From Eledone cirrhosa (taxonomy: Eukaryota), in NCBI GenBank assembly GCA_964016885.1, contig OZ024741.1, forward strand, positions 407,588,001-407,652,000: a stretch of 64,000 bases of DNA, read 5' to 3'. Position numbers and translations under genes: made by a program. This document shows, piece after piece, positions 41,235-53,900 of the stretch (within the stretch, counting starts at the first letter, position 1; every line of letters begins with the position of its first letter). The notes under the pieces are model-generated. The model did no database searches and was not told the DNA's origin. It was given only the letters and a program-made list of their open reading frames with translations.

Positions 41235-42334
41235 CCTATCTATCTATCTATCTGTCTATAAGTCTACCTATCTATCTGTCTCTCTGTCTATCTACCGACA
41301 TGGTGTCTATCTCTGGGACAACTAGACTTCTATCGTCCATTGTGGCGTCAAGTTTTTAAGAGGAAAAGTTGAAGCAGATATTTTAGAGTGGGTGGTAGAG
41401 AGAGAGAGAGAGAGGTAGACAGAGAGAGAAATAGAGAAAGAGAGGGGGGAGACAGAGGGACGAAGAGAGAGAGAGAGAGAGAGAAAGATGTAAATTATCT
41501 GTTTATATTCTTCCATTTGTACTCATTATTCTGGGGATCTTTTAGTCAGATCAAAGATCTAAGTATATTACATTAACATTAGGGGTTTCATTTTAGCCCC
41601 TTAGGTCTAGCAGCTTCGTCGCGAAGGGGTTAGATTTATTGTTTAAAAAAGAAGAAAGCAGAACAGAGAAAATAATGTTATATATGCTATGTAAAATTTT
41701 GGGTCAGGTTTTTTTTTATTTCAAAGATAAAACAAAAGTATATTTATTTATTTGTGTGTTTGAATATTTTAACTTTCTCCTAGATTAATGGCCCGAGTAG
41801 ATTAAGTCGTAGATTAGGGATTGGGATTTAACAAAGACATTTAATCCAATGGTTTAGATTTTCAGCCAACTCGTGGCAATTGTTGTATTCCTTTAATGAT
41901 ACTGCTTCCCTCCTTTCTTCCATATTTTTATATTGTCCATGTATTGATCACAGCTAGGGCTATCCTCTGAATAGTTTCTGAAACTGCTAGAAACAGTAAC
42001 CAACTCTCCCTCAAATCACACCTACCTTCTTATGAAGGGACCTGTAGGATAATGTGGATCTAGAAAATCATGGAATGGTCATGAGTGGAATGTCTTTGTA
42101 GGTCAGCTAGATCAAAAATGATTTGAAGTTAAACAACAACAATAAATGTAATAATTTACTGAGAAAGCCTCCATGTGGTTACTTAAAGGCTTCTCTCTCA
42201 CATAGTAAATAAGATAATGAAACATTTGGTAATGTAGTCCTAAATATACTACTCCTAGGTACGGCTGGAACTTCTTTGATCAGAGGCTTTCTCGATCACA
42301 CTTGCCCTGGGGCTAAACAACTACTAACAAATAT

Positions 42335-42785
42335 TGGTTTCTAGCTTAGACACAAGGCCGACAATTTTGGGGGAGGGGAAAGTCAATAAAATCAACCCAG
42401 TGCCTTACTGGTACTTTCTTCTAACGACACCGTAAGGACGTTAGGCAAAGTTAACCTCGACAGGATTTGAACTCAGAACGGAAATAGCCGTAACTTTATG
42501 CAACAATACACATTGTCCACAACCCTACCGACTACTGCCAATCTACTGCCCTACAACTAACAAATAATGATTTATAGTATAGGCACAAGGCCAGTAATTT
42601 GGGGGGAGGGGAAAGTCTATTAAATCGACCCCAGTACGTGACTGGTACTTTATTTTATCGACCTCGTAAGGATGAAAGACAAAGTTAACCTCGGCCGGAT
42701 TTGAACTCAGATCATAAAGGGTCCTAACTCTATGCTACAAAGCATAGCGTCCGACCTTCTACCGATAATGCCAATCCACCACCCT
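42335..42785 (-). mobile_element. Two tandem SINEs, same family
   Basis: Reverse complement of the consensus; CTACAACTAACAAATAATG at 42551-42569 and 42784-42802. Confidence 0.85.
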
Positions 42786-43934
42786 ACAACTAACAAATAA
42801 TGGGGAATCTTCTATAAGGTTACTCAAAAGGGTAGACACAACAGTCAAATCCCCTCATACCACATTATTTGTCTTTATATATATGTTTATATACTGGGTA
42901 ATGTAGTCCTGAGTACCAAAATGGCTTTAAGAAAAATTGTGATGGCTGGAATGAAAGTATAGATGGTCCCCCACTCCTGATGGAGGTGCAGTGTCGCCGT
43001 AATGGCGTTAGGAATTTATTGGACATTTTAAAACCTGGTGGAGTTAATCTCGAGTTCATGGCTGAAATACCGACAGCTAAACAGCAACAAAAAAAGAAAA
43101 TATAAAACAAATATTTGAATATAACATGAGTAGAACAGTTTGATGCAAGTTGTGTCATGAAATATATAAGCCATTCCCTCTCAACATGAAAGTTATACAA
43201 AACTAAAGCTAAAATAAAGATTAAAAAACATATCTTTGAAGAGCAAAAAATGAAAAGACTAAAAGGAAACGGAAAGAATAGTTTCCTGGCAATGGATAGA
43301 AATGTTTTCAGCAGCAAATTCAACGATTATACTTTTTTCCTTGAAAACATATTATTATGAAGGCATAATTAATTCTATGAACGGCGTGCTTAAACATGTT
43401 GTTTTTTTATATATCTTATATTCTCATCCAATTATGGATCCTATGATATAAACTACGGAAATTAGCATAACAATATATCAATGCAATTTCCTCTATGGTG
43501 ACGCATATATTTAATATTTTGTTGAGTGGAAACTATGAGCAACTAACCATGTCACTGTAACTTAAGCAGCGAGTAGCTGGTCGTCATAAATCTGATTACA
43601 GGAATGTACTCTTTCAAATATTTCCTTCTTGTAATTTCATTTACTTTTACATTTTATTTAAGAAGTCAATAAAATAGAATTTTGCAATGATTACTCGGCG
43701 GATTTTCGTTTCGATAATAGAATATATATCTCCTATTACCTCTACTGCTAACAGCTGTTCTATTTTTGTGCTGATAACAACACAATTACAACAAAAAAAA
43801 AAAAAATAGTAAGCCCATGTATGCATGCATGTGTAACAGCCCACACCTATGCAGGTTTAGCTGGCCTCCTCCAAGGTATATCTCGTTGGAGGTGTCTTGG
43901 GGAATTTAATGATAGGGACACCAGTCCCTATCAT

Positions 43935-44070
43935 CTCATTTCTACAGCTGAGTAAACTAGAGCAACGTGAAATAAAGTGTCTTGCTCAAGGAAACAACAC
44001 ATCGCCCGGTCCGAGAATTGAACTCACAACCTTTCGATTGCAAGCCCAATGCTCTAGCCACTAAGTCATG
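43935..44070 (-). mobile_element. Second tRNA-derived SINE family with a CORE-like body
   Basis: Minus strand TGACTTAGTGGCTAGAG..GAGTTCAATTC..TCCTTGAGCAAGACACTT..CAGCTGTAGAAATGAG. Confidence 0.65.
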
Positions 44071-44351
44071 TATGTGTGTGTATATGTTTGCATCCAATGA
44101 TATAGACCAGTACTTCTTTTTGGGTAAATGCATTTGATGTTCAGAGAGCAGGATTGGCCCCGTGCACAGCCTTTCCTCACTTAAAAAGCTTCAAGCACAG
44201 GCATCGCTTGATAGGTGGCATTTGTTGCGATGCTTGGTATTGCTGGCCATAGGGAAGTCCCGAGCAGGACTAAAAAGCCACGTTAGTGATGCTCATGCTG
44301 AAGTATCAAGCATTGGCATTGCTTGAAATTGAGTTGCAGTCATCATGTTTG

Positions 44352-44399
<48 letters not shown>

Positions 44400-44486
44400 A
44401 ATAAAAGGCGGAGTTAATAACTCATACTGATACCCTGTAAGTAACAAGCTCAAAGTATAAATACTGGTATTTCAACCCTCGAAATT

Positions 44487-44516
44487 TGTGTGTGTGTGTG
44501 TATATGTGTATGTGTG

Positions 44517-44563
<47 letters not shown>

Positions 44564-44714
44564 ATGTGTGTATATAGGTATATGTGCGTGTGCGTGTGTG
44601 TGTGTGTGTATAGGTGTATGTGTGTACATATGTGTATATATGAGTATGTGTGTATATATGTGTATGTGTGTATATATGTGTGTGTGTATATGTGTATGTG
44701 TGTATATAGGTATA

Positions 44715-44759
<45 letters not shown>

Positions 44760-44826
44760 GTGTGTATATATGTGTGTATATATGTGTATGTGTGTGTACA
44801 TATGTATATGTATGTATATATGTATG
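44487..44826. repeat. Compound (TG)n/(TA)n microsatellite
   Basis: Direct inspection. Confidence 0.9.
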
Positions 44827-44928
44827 TCGTTACAGCCAACGTCCCATTGTTGGAAGCCATTTCCGCACTTTTCAATCAATGCTAGCAGCACAATACATTG
44901 ACTTATATCTGGTTGGCTGGCCTAGAAA

Positions 44929-47900
44929 TGGTGGTGGTGGTGGTGATGGTGGTGATGGTGGCGGTGGTGATGGTGGCGTGGTGGTGGTGGTGGTGATGGT
45001 GGGGTGATGGTGGTGATGTTGTTGGAACAAGTGGTGGTGGTGGTGACAGTGGTGATGGAGGTGATGGAGGTGGTAGTGGATAGTGGTGATGGTGCTGGTA
45101 ATGGTGGTGATGTTGGTGATGGGGGAGTAGGGGTAGTTGATGGCGGTGGTGCTGATAATGGTGGTGGTGGTAATGGTGGTGTTGGTGCTGACGGTGCTGG
45201 TAGTGTTGGTGGTAGTGTTGGTACTGGTACTGGTGGTGTTGGTGGTAGTGTTGGTACTGGTACTGCTGGTGGTAGTGTCGGTACTGGTGGTGTTGGTGGT
45301 AGTGTTGGTATTGGTGGTGTTGGTGGTAGTGTTGGTATTGGTGGTGTTGGTGGTAGTGTTGGTACTGGTACTGGTGGTGATGGTACTGGTGGTGTTGGTG
45401 GTAGTGTTGGTACTGGTGGTGTTGGTGGTAGTGTTGGTACTGGTGGTGTTGGTGGTAGTGTTGGTATTGGTGGTGTTGGTGGTAGTGTTGGTACTGGTAC
45501 TGGTGGTGTTGGTGGTAGTGTTGGTACTGGTACTGTTGGTGTTGGTGGTAGTATTGGTACTTGTGGTTTTGGTGGTAGTGTTGGTACTGGTGGTGTTGGT
45601 GGTAGTGTTTATACTGGTGGTGTTGGTGGTAGTGTTGGTACTGGTGGTGTTGGTGGTAGTGTTGGTACTGGTATTGGTCGTGTTGGTAGTAGTGTTGGTA
45701 CTGGTGGTGTTGGTGGTAGTGTTGGTACTGGTGGTGTTGGTGGTAGTGTTGGTATTGGTGGTGTTGGTGGTAGTGTTGGTATTGGTGGTGTTGGTGGTAG
45801 TGTTGGTACTGGTGGTGTTGGTGGTAGTGTTGGTACTGGTGGTGTTGGTGGCAGTGTTGGTACTGGTGGTGTTGGTGGTAGTGTTGGTACTGGTACTGTG
45901 GTGTTGGTGGTAGTGTTGGTACTGGTGGTGTTGGTGGTAGTGTTGGTATTGGTGGTGTTGGTGGTAGTGTTGGTATTGGTGGGGTTGGTGGTAGTGTTGG
46001 TACTGGTACTGCAGGTGGTAGTGTCGGTACTGGTGGTGTTGGTAGTAGAGTTGATATTGGTGGTGTTGGTGGTAGTGTTGGTACTGGTGGTGTTGGTGGT
46101 AGTGTTGGTACTGGTACTGGTGGTGTTGGTGGTAGTGTTGGTACTGGTGGTGTTGGTGGTAGTATAGGTACTGGTACTGGTGGTGTTGGTGGTAGTGTTG
46201 GTACTGGTGGTGTTGGTGGTAGTGTTGTTACTGGTGGTGTTGGTGATAGTGTTGGTACTGGTGGTGTTGGTGGTAGTGTTGGTACTGGTGGAGTTGGTGG
46301 TAGTGTTGGTATTGGTGGTGTTGATGGTAGTGTTGGTATTCGTGGTGTTGGTGGTAGTGTTGGTACTGGTGGTGTTGGTGGTGGTGTTGGTATAGGTACT
46401 GTGGTGTTGGTGGTAGTGTTGGTACTGGTGGTGTTGGTGGTAGTGTTGGTATTGGTGGTGTTGGTGGTAGTGTTGGTACTGGTGGTGTTGGTGGTAGTGT
46501 TGGTACTGGTGGTGTTGGTGGTAGTGTTGGTATAGGTGGTGTTGGTGGTAGTGTTGGTATAGGTGGTGTTGGTGGTAGTGTTGGTACTGGTATTGGGGGT
46601 GTTGGTGGTAGTGTTCTCACAGGTAGTTATGGTGGTAGTGTTGGTATTGGTGGTGTCGGTGGTAGTGTTGGTACTGGTGGTGTTGGTGGTAGTGGTGGTA
46701 TTGGTGGTGTTGGTGGTAGTGTTGGTATAGGTGGTGTTGGTGGTAGTGTTGGTACTGGTGGTGTTGGTGGTAGTGTTGGTACTGGTATTGGGGGTGTTGG
46801 TGGTAGTGTTGGTACTGGTGGTGTTGGTGGTAGTGTTGGTACTGGTGGTGTTGGTGGTAGTGTTGGTACTGGTATTGGGGGTGTTGGTGGTAGTGTTGGT
46901 ATTGGTGGTGTCGGTGGTAGTGTTGGTACTGGTGGTGTTGGTGGTAGTGGTGGTATTGGTGGTGTTGGTGGTAGTGTTGGTATAGGTGGTGTTGGTGGTA
47001 GTGTTGGTACTGGTGGTGTTGGTGGTAGTGTTGGTACTGGTATTGGGGGTGTTGGTGGTAGTGTTGGTACTGGTGGTGTTGGTGGTAGTGTTGGTACTGG
47101 TGGTGTTGGTGGTAGTGTTGGTACTGGTATTGGGGGTGTTGGTGGTAGTGTTGTCACAGGTAGTTATGGTGGTAGTGTTAGTATTGGTGGTGTCGGTGGT
47201 AGTGTTGGTACTGGTGGTGTTGGTGGTAGTGGTGGTATTGGTGGTGTTGGTGGTAGTGTTGGTATAGGTGGTGTTGGTGGTAGTGTTGGTACTGGTGGTG
47301 TTGGTGGTAGTGTTGGTATCGGCGGTGTTGGTGGTAGTGTTGGTACTGGTGGTGTTGGTGGTAGTATTGGTACTGGTGGTGTTGGTGGTAGTGTTGGTAC
47401 TGGTGGTGTTGGTGGTAATGTTGTTATTGGTGGTGTTGGTGGTAGTATTGGTACAGGTGCTGTTGGTGGTAGTGTTGGTATTGGTGGTGTTGGTGGTAGT
47501 GTTGGTAGTGGTGGTGTTTGTGGTAGTGTTGGTACTGGTACTGGTGGTGTTGGTGGTAGTGTTGGTACTGGTACTGGTGGTGTTGGTACTGGTGGTGTTG
47601 GTGGTAGTGTTGTATTGGTGGTGTTGGTAGTAGTGTTGGTACTGGTGGTGTTGGTTTTGGTGTTGGTACTGGTGGTGTTGGTGGTAGTGTTGGTACTGGT
47701 GGTGTTGGTGGTAGTTTTGGTACTGGTACTGGGTGTTGGTGGTAGTGTTTGTACTGGTACTGGTGGTGTTGGTGGTAGTGTTGGTACTGGTACTGTTGGT
47801 GTTGGTGGTCGTGTTGGTACTGGTACTGGTGGTGTTGGTGGTAGTGTTGGTACTGGTGGTTTTGGTGGTAGTGTTGGTACTGGTGGTGTTGGTGGTAGTG

Positions 47901-50900
47901 TTTATACTGGTGGTGTTAGTGGTAGTGTTGGTACTGGTGGTGTTGGTGGTAGTGTTGGTACTGGTATTGGTGGTGTTGGTAGTAGTGTTGGTACTGGTAG
48001 TGTTGGTGGTAGTGTTGGTACTGGTGGTGTTGGTGGTAGTGTTGTTACTGGTATTGGTTGTGTTGGTGGTAGTGTTGGTACTGGTGGTGCTGGTGGTAGT
48101 GTTGGTACTGGTAGTGTTGGTGGTAGTGTTGGTACTGGTGGTGTTGATGGTAGTGTTGTTACTGGTGGTGTTGGTGGTAGTGTTGGTATTGGTGGTGTTG
48201 GTGATAGTGTTGGTATTGGTGGTGTTGGTGGTAGTGTTGGTACTGGTACTGGTGGTGATGGTACTGGTGGTGTTGGTGGTAGTGTTGGTACTGGTACTGG
48301 TGGTGATGGTACTGGTGGTGTTGGTGGTAGTGTTGGTACTGGTGGTGTTGGTGGTAGTGTTGGTATTGGTGGTGTTGGTGGTAGTGTTGGTACTGGTACT
48401 GGTGGTGTTGGTACTGGTGGTGTTGGTGGTAGTGTTGGTACTGGTGGTGTTGGTGGTAGTGTTGGTACTGGTATTGATTGTGTTGGTGGTAGTGTTGGTA
48501 CTGGTGGTGTTGGTGGTAGTTTCGGTACTGGTAGTGTTGGTGGTAGTGTTGGTACTGGTGGTGTTGGTGGTAGTGTTGGTACTGGTGGCGTTGGTACTGG
48601 TGGTGTTGGTGGTAGTGTTGGTACTGGTACTGGTGGTGTTGGTGGTAGTGTTGGTACTGGTGGTGTTGGTGGTAGTGTTGGTACTGATGGTGTTGGTACT
48701 GGTGGTGTTGGTGGTAGTGTCGGTACTGGTAGTGTTGGTGGTAGTGTTGGTGGTGGTGTTGTTACTGGTGGTGTTGGTGGTAGTGTCGGTACTGGTGGTG
48801 TTGGTGGTAGTGTTGGTATTGGTGGTGTTGGTGGTAGTGTTGGTATTGGTGGTGTGGGTGGTAGTGTTGGTATTGGTGGTGTTGGTGGTAGTGTTGGTAT
48901 TGGTGGTGTGGGTGGTAGTGTTGGTACTGGTACTGGTGGTGTTGTTACTGGTGTTGTTGGTGGCAGTGTTGGTACTGGTGGTGTTGGTGGTAGTGTTGGT
49001 ATTGGTGGTGTTGGTGGTAGTGTTGGTATTGGTGGTGTGGGTGGTAGTGTTGGTACTGGTACTGGTGGTGTTGTTACTGGTGTTGTTGGTGGTAGTGTTG
49101 GTATTGGTGGTGTTGGTGGTAGTGTTGGTATTAGTGGTGTTGGTGGTAGTGTTGGTACTGGTGGTGTTGGTGGTAGTGTTGGTACTGGTGGTGTTGGTGG
49201 TAGTGTTGGTATTGGTGGTGTTGGTGGTAGTGTTGGTATTGGTGGTGTGGGTTGTAGTGTTGGTACTGGTACTGGTGGTGTTGTTACTGGTGTTGTTGGT
49301 GGTAGTGTTGGTACTGGTGGTGTTGGTGGTAGTGTTGTTACTGGTGGTGTTGGTGGTAGTGTTGGTACTGGTGGGGTTGGTGGTAGTGTTGGTACTGGTA
49401 CTGCAGGTGGTAGTGTCGGTACTGGTGGTGTTGGTGGTAGAGTTGATATTGGTGGTGTTGGTGGTAGTGTTGGTACTGGTACTGGTGGTGTTGGTACTGG
49501 TGGTGTTGGTGGTAGTGTTGGTACTGGTGGTGTTGGTGGTAGTGTTGTTACTGGTTGAGTTGGTGGTAGTGTTGGTATTGGTGGTGTTGGTGGTAGTGTT
49601 GGTACTGGTACTGGTGGTGTTGGTACTGGTGGTGTTGGTGGTAGAGTTGTTACTGGTGGTGTTGGTGGTAGTGTTGGTACTGGTGGTGTCGGTGGTAGTG
49701 TTGTTACTGGTAGTGCTGGTGGTAGTGTCGGTACTGGTGGTGTTGGTGGTAGTGTTGGTACTGGTGGTGTTGGTGGTAGTGTTGGTACTGGTGGTGTTGG
49801 TGGTAGTGTTGGTACTGGTGGTGTTGGTGGTAGTGTTGGTTCTGGTGGTGTTGGTGGTAGTCTTGGTACTGGTGGTGTCGGTGGTAGTGTTGTTGGTAGT
49901 GTTGGTACTGGTGGTGTTGGTGGTAGTGTTGGTACTGGTGGTGTTGGTGGTAGTGTTGGTACTGGTGGTGTTGTTGGTAGTGTAGGTACTGGTGGTGTTG
50001 GTGGTAGTGTTGGTACTGGTAGTGTTGTTGGTAGTGTTGGTACTGGTGGTGTTGGTGGTAGTGTTGGTACTGGTGGTGTTGGTGATAGTGTGGGTACTGG
50101 TGGTGTTGGTGGTAGTTTTGGTACTGGTGGTGATGGTGGTAGTGTTGGTATTGGTGGTGTTGGTGGTAGTGTTGGTACTGGTGGTGTTGGTGGTGGTGTT
50201 GGTACTGGTACTGGTGGTGTTGGTGGTAGTGTTGGTACTGGTGGTGTTGGTGGTAGTGTTGGTACTGGTTGTGTTGGTGGTAGTGTTGGTATTGGTGGTG
50301 TTGGTGGTAGTGTTGGTACTGGTGGTGTTGGTGGTAGTGTTGGTACTGGTGGTGTTGGTGGTCGTGTTGTTACTGGTACTGGTGGTGTTGGTGGTAGTGT
50401 TGGTACTGGTGGTGTTGGTGGTAGTCTTGGTACTGGTGGTGTTGGTGGTAGTGTTGATACTGGTGGTGTTGGTGGTAGTGTTGGTACTGGTGGTGTTGGT
50501 GGTAGTGTTAGTACTGGTACTGCTGGTGTTGGTGATAGTGTTGGTATTGGTGTTGTTGGTGGTAGTGTTGGTACTGGTGGTGTTGGTGGTAGTGTTGGTA
50601 CTGGTGGTGTTGTTGGAAGTGTTGGTACTGGTGGTGTTGGTGGTAGTGTTGTTACTGGTGGTGTTGGTGGTAGTGTTAGTACTGGTACTGGTGGTGTTGG
50701 TGATAGTGTTGGTATTGGTGGTGTTGGTGGTAGTGTTCGTACTGGTGGTGTTGGTGGTAGTGTTGGTACTGGTGGTGTTGGTGGAAGTTTTGGTACTGGT
50801 GGTGTTGGTGGTAGTGTTGGTATTGGTGGTGTTGGTGGTAGTGTTGGTACTGGTGGTGTTGGTGGTAGTGTTGGCATTGGTGGTGTTGGTGGTGGTGTTG

Positions 50901-53900
50901 GTGGTTGTGTTGGTATTGGTGGTGTAGGTGATAGTGTTGTTACTGGTGGTGTTGGTGGTAGTGTTGGTACTGGTGGTGATGTTGGTAGTGTTGGTACTGG
51001 TGGTGTTGGTGGTGGTGTTGTTACTGGTAGTGTTGGTGGTAGTGTTGGTACTGGTGGTGTTGGTGGTAGTGTTGGTACTGGTGGTGTTGGTGGTAGTGTT
51101 GGTACTGGTGGTGTTGGTGGTAGTGTCGGTACTGGTAGTGTTGGTGGTAGTGTTGGTACTGGTGGTGTTGGTGGTAGTTTTGTTACTGGTGGTGTTGGTG
51201 GTAGTGTTGGTACTGGTGGTGTTGGTGGTAGTGTTGGTATTGGTGGTGTTGGTGGTAGTGTTGGTACTGGTGGTGTTGGTGGTAGTGTTGGTACTGGTGG
51301 TGTTGGTGGTAGTGTTGGTATTGGTGGTGTTGGTGGTAGTGTTGGTACTGGTGGTGTTGGTGGTAGTGTTGGTACTGGTGGTGTTGGTGGTAGTGTTGGT
51401 ACTGGTGGTGTTGGTGGTAGTGTTGGTGGTAGTGTTGGTACTGGTGGTGTTGGTGGTAGTGTTGGTACTGGTGGTGTTGGTGGTAGTGTTGGTACTGGTG
51501 GTGTTGGTGGTAGTGTTGGTATTGGTGGTGTTGGTGGTAGTGTTGGTACTGGTGGTGTTGGTGGTAGTGTTGGTACTGGTGGTGTTGGTGGTAGTGTTGG
51601 TATTGGTGGTGTTGGTGGTAGTGTTGGTACTGGTGGTGTTGGTGGTAGTGTTGGTACTGGTATTGGTTGTGTTGGTGGTAGTGTTGGTATTGGTGGTGTT
51701 GGTGGTAGTGTTGGTACTGGTGGTGTTGGTGGTAGTGTTGGTACTGGTGGCGTTGGTACTGGTAGTGTTGGTGGTAGTGTTGGTACTGGTGGTGTTGGTG
51801 GTAGTGTCGGTGGTGGTAGTGTTGGTGGTGGTGTTGTTACTGGTGGTGTTGGTGGTAGTGTTGGTACTGGTGGTGTTGGTGGTAGTGTTGGTACTGGTGG
51901 TGTTGGTGGAAGTGTTGGCACTGGTGGTGTTGGTGGTAGTGTTGGTACTGGTAGTGTTGGTGGTAGTGTTTGTACTGGTACTGGTGGTGTTGGTTGTAGT
52001 GTTGGTACTGGTATTGGAGGTGTTGGTGGTAGTGTTGGTACTGGTGGTGTTGGTGGTAGTGTTGGTATTGGTGGTGCTGGTGGTAGTGTTGGTACTGGTG
52101 GTGTTGGTGGTAGTGTTGGTACTGGTGGTGTTGGTGGTAGTGTTGGTATTGGTGGTGTTGGTGGTAGTGTTGGTATTGGTGGTGTGGGTGGTAGTGTTGG
52201 TACTGGTACTGGTGGTGTTGGTACTGGTGTTGTTGGTGGTAGTGTTGGTACTGGTGGTGTTGGTGGTAGTGTTGTTACTGGTGGTGTTGGTGGTAGTGTT
52301 GGTACTGGTGGGGTTGGTGGTAGTGTTGGTACTGGTACTGCAGGTGGTAGTGTCGGTACTGGTGGTGTTGGTGGTAGAGTTGATATTGGTGGTGTTGGTG
52401 GTAGTGTTGGTACTGGTACTGGTGGTGTTGGTACTGGTGGTGTTGGTGGTAGAGTTGTTACTGGTGGTGTTGGTGGTAGTGTTGGTACTGGTGGTGTCGG
52501 TGGTAGTGTTGTTACTGGTACTGCTGGTGGTAGTGTCGGTACTGGTGGTGTTGGTGGTAGTGTTGGTACTGGTGGTGTTGGTGTTAGTGTTGGTACTGGT
52601 GGTGTTGGTGGTAGTGTTGGTACTGGTGGTGTTGGTGGAAGTTTTGGTACTGGTGGTGTTGGTGGTAGTGTTGGTATTGGTGGTGTTGGTGGTAGTGTTG
52701 GTACTGGTGGTGTTGGTGGTAGTGTTGGCATTGGTGGTGTTGGTGGTGGTGTTGGTGGTTGTGTTGGTATTGGTGGTGTAGGTGATAGTGTTGTTACTGG
52801 TGGTGTTGGTGGTAGTGTTGGTACTGGTGGTGATGTTGGTAGTGTTGGTACTGGTGGTGTTGGTGGTGGTGTTGTTACTGGTAGTGTTGGTTGTAGTGTT
52901 GTTACTGGTATTGGAGGTGTTGGTGGTAGTGTTGGTACTGGTGGTGTTGGTGGTAGTTGTGGTATTGGTGGTGTTGGTGGTAGTGTTGGTATAGGTGGTG
53001 TTGGTGGTTGTGTTGGTACTGGTGGTGTTGGTGGTAGTGTTGGTACTGTTACTGTTGGTGTTGGTGGTAGTGTTGGTATTGGTGGTGTTGGTGGTAGTGT
53101 TGGTACTGGTGGTGTTGGTGGTAGTGATGGTACTGGTGGTGTTGTTGGTAAAGTTACTATTGGTGGTGTTGGTGGTAGTGTTGGTACAGGTGCTGTTGGT
53201 GGTAGTGTTGGTATTGGTGGTGTTGGTGGTAGTGTTGGTACTGGTGGTGTTGGTGGTAGTGTTGGTACTGGTACTGGTGGTGTTGGTGGTAGTGTTGGTA
53301 CTGGTACTGGTGGCGTCGGTGGTAGTGTTGGTATTGGTGGTGTTGGTGGTAGTGTTGGTACTGGTGGTCTTGGTGGTAGTGTTGGTACTGGTGGTGTTGG
53401 TGGTAGTGTTGGTACTGGTTGTGTTGGTGATAGTGTTGGTATTGGTGGTGTTGGTGGTACTGTTGGTACTGGCGGTGTTGGTGGTAGTGTTGTCATTGGT
53501 GGTGTTGGTGGTAGTGTTGGTATTGGTGGTGTAGGTGGTAGTGTTGTTACTGGTGGTCTTGGTGGTAGTGTTGGTACTGGTGGTGTTGGTGGTAGTGTTG
53601 GTACAGGTGACGTTGGTGGTAGTGTTGGTATTGGTGGTGTTGGTGGTAGTGTTGTATTGGTGGTGTTGGTAGTAGTGTCGGTACTGGTGGTGTTGGTGGT
53701 AGTGTTGGTACTGGTGGTGTTAGTGGTAGTGTTGGTACTGGTGGTGTTGGTGGTAGTGTTGTATTGGTGGTGTTGGTAGTAGTGTTGGTACTGGTGGTGT
53801 TGGTTTTGGTGTTGGTACTGGTGGTGTTGGTGGTAGTGTTGGTACTGGTGGTGTTGGTGGTAGTTTTGGTACTGGTACTGGGTGTTGGTGGTAGTGTTTG

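Noticed and set aside
42865-43323. 152-aa minus-strand ORF
   Set aside because: AT-driven F/L/I composition, overlaps a dispersed repeat, no domain.
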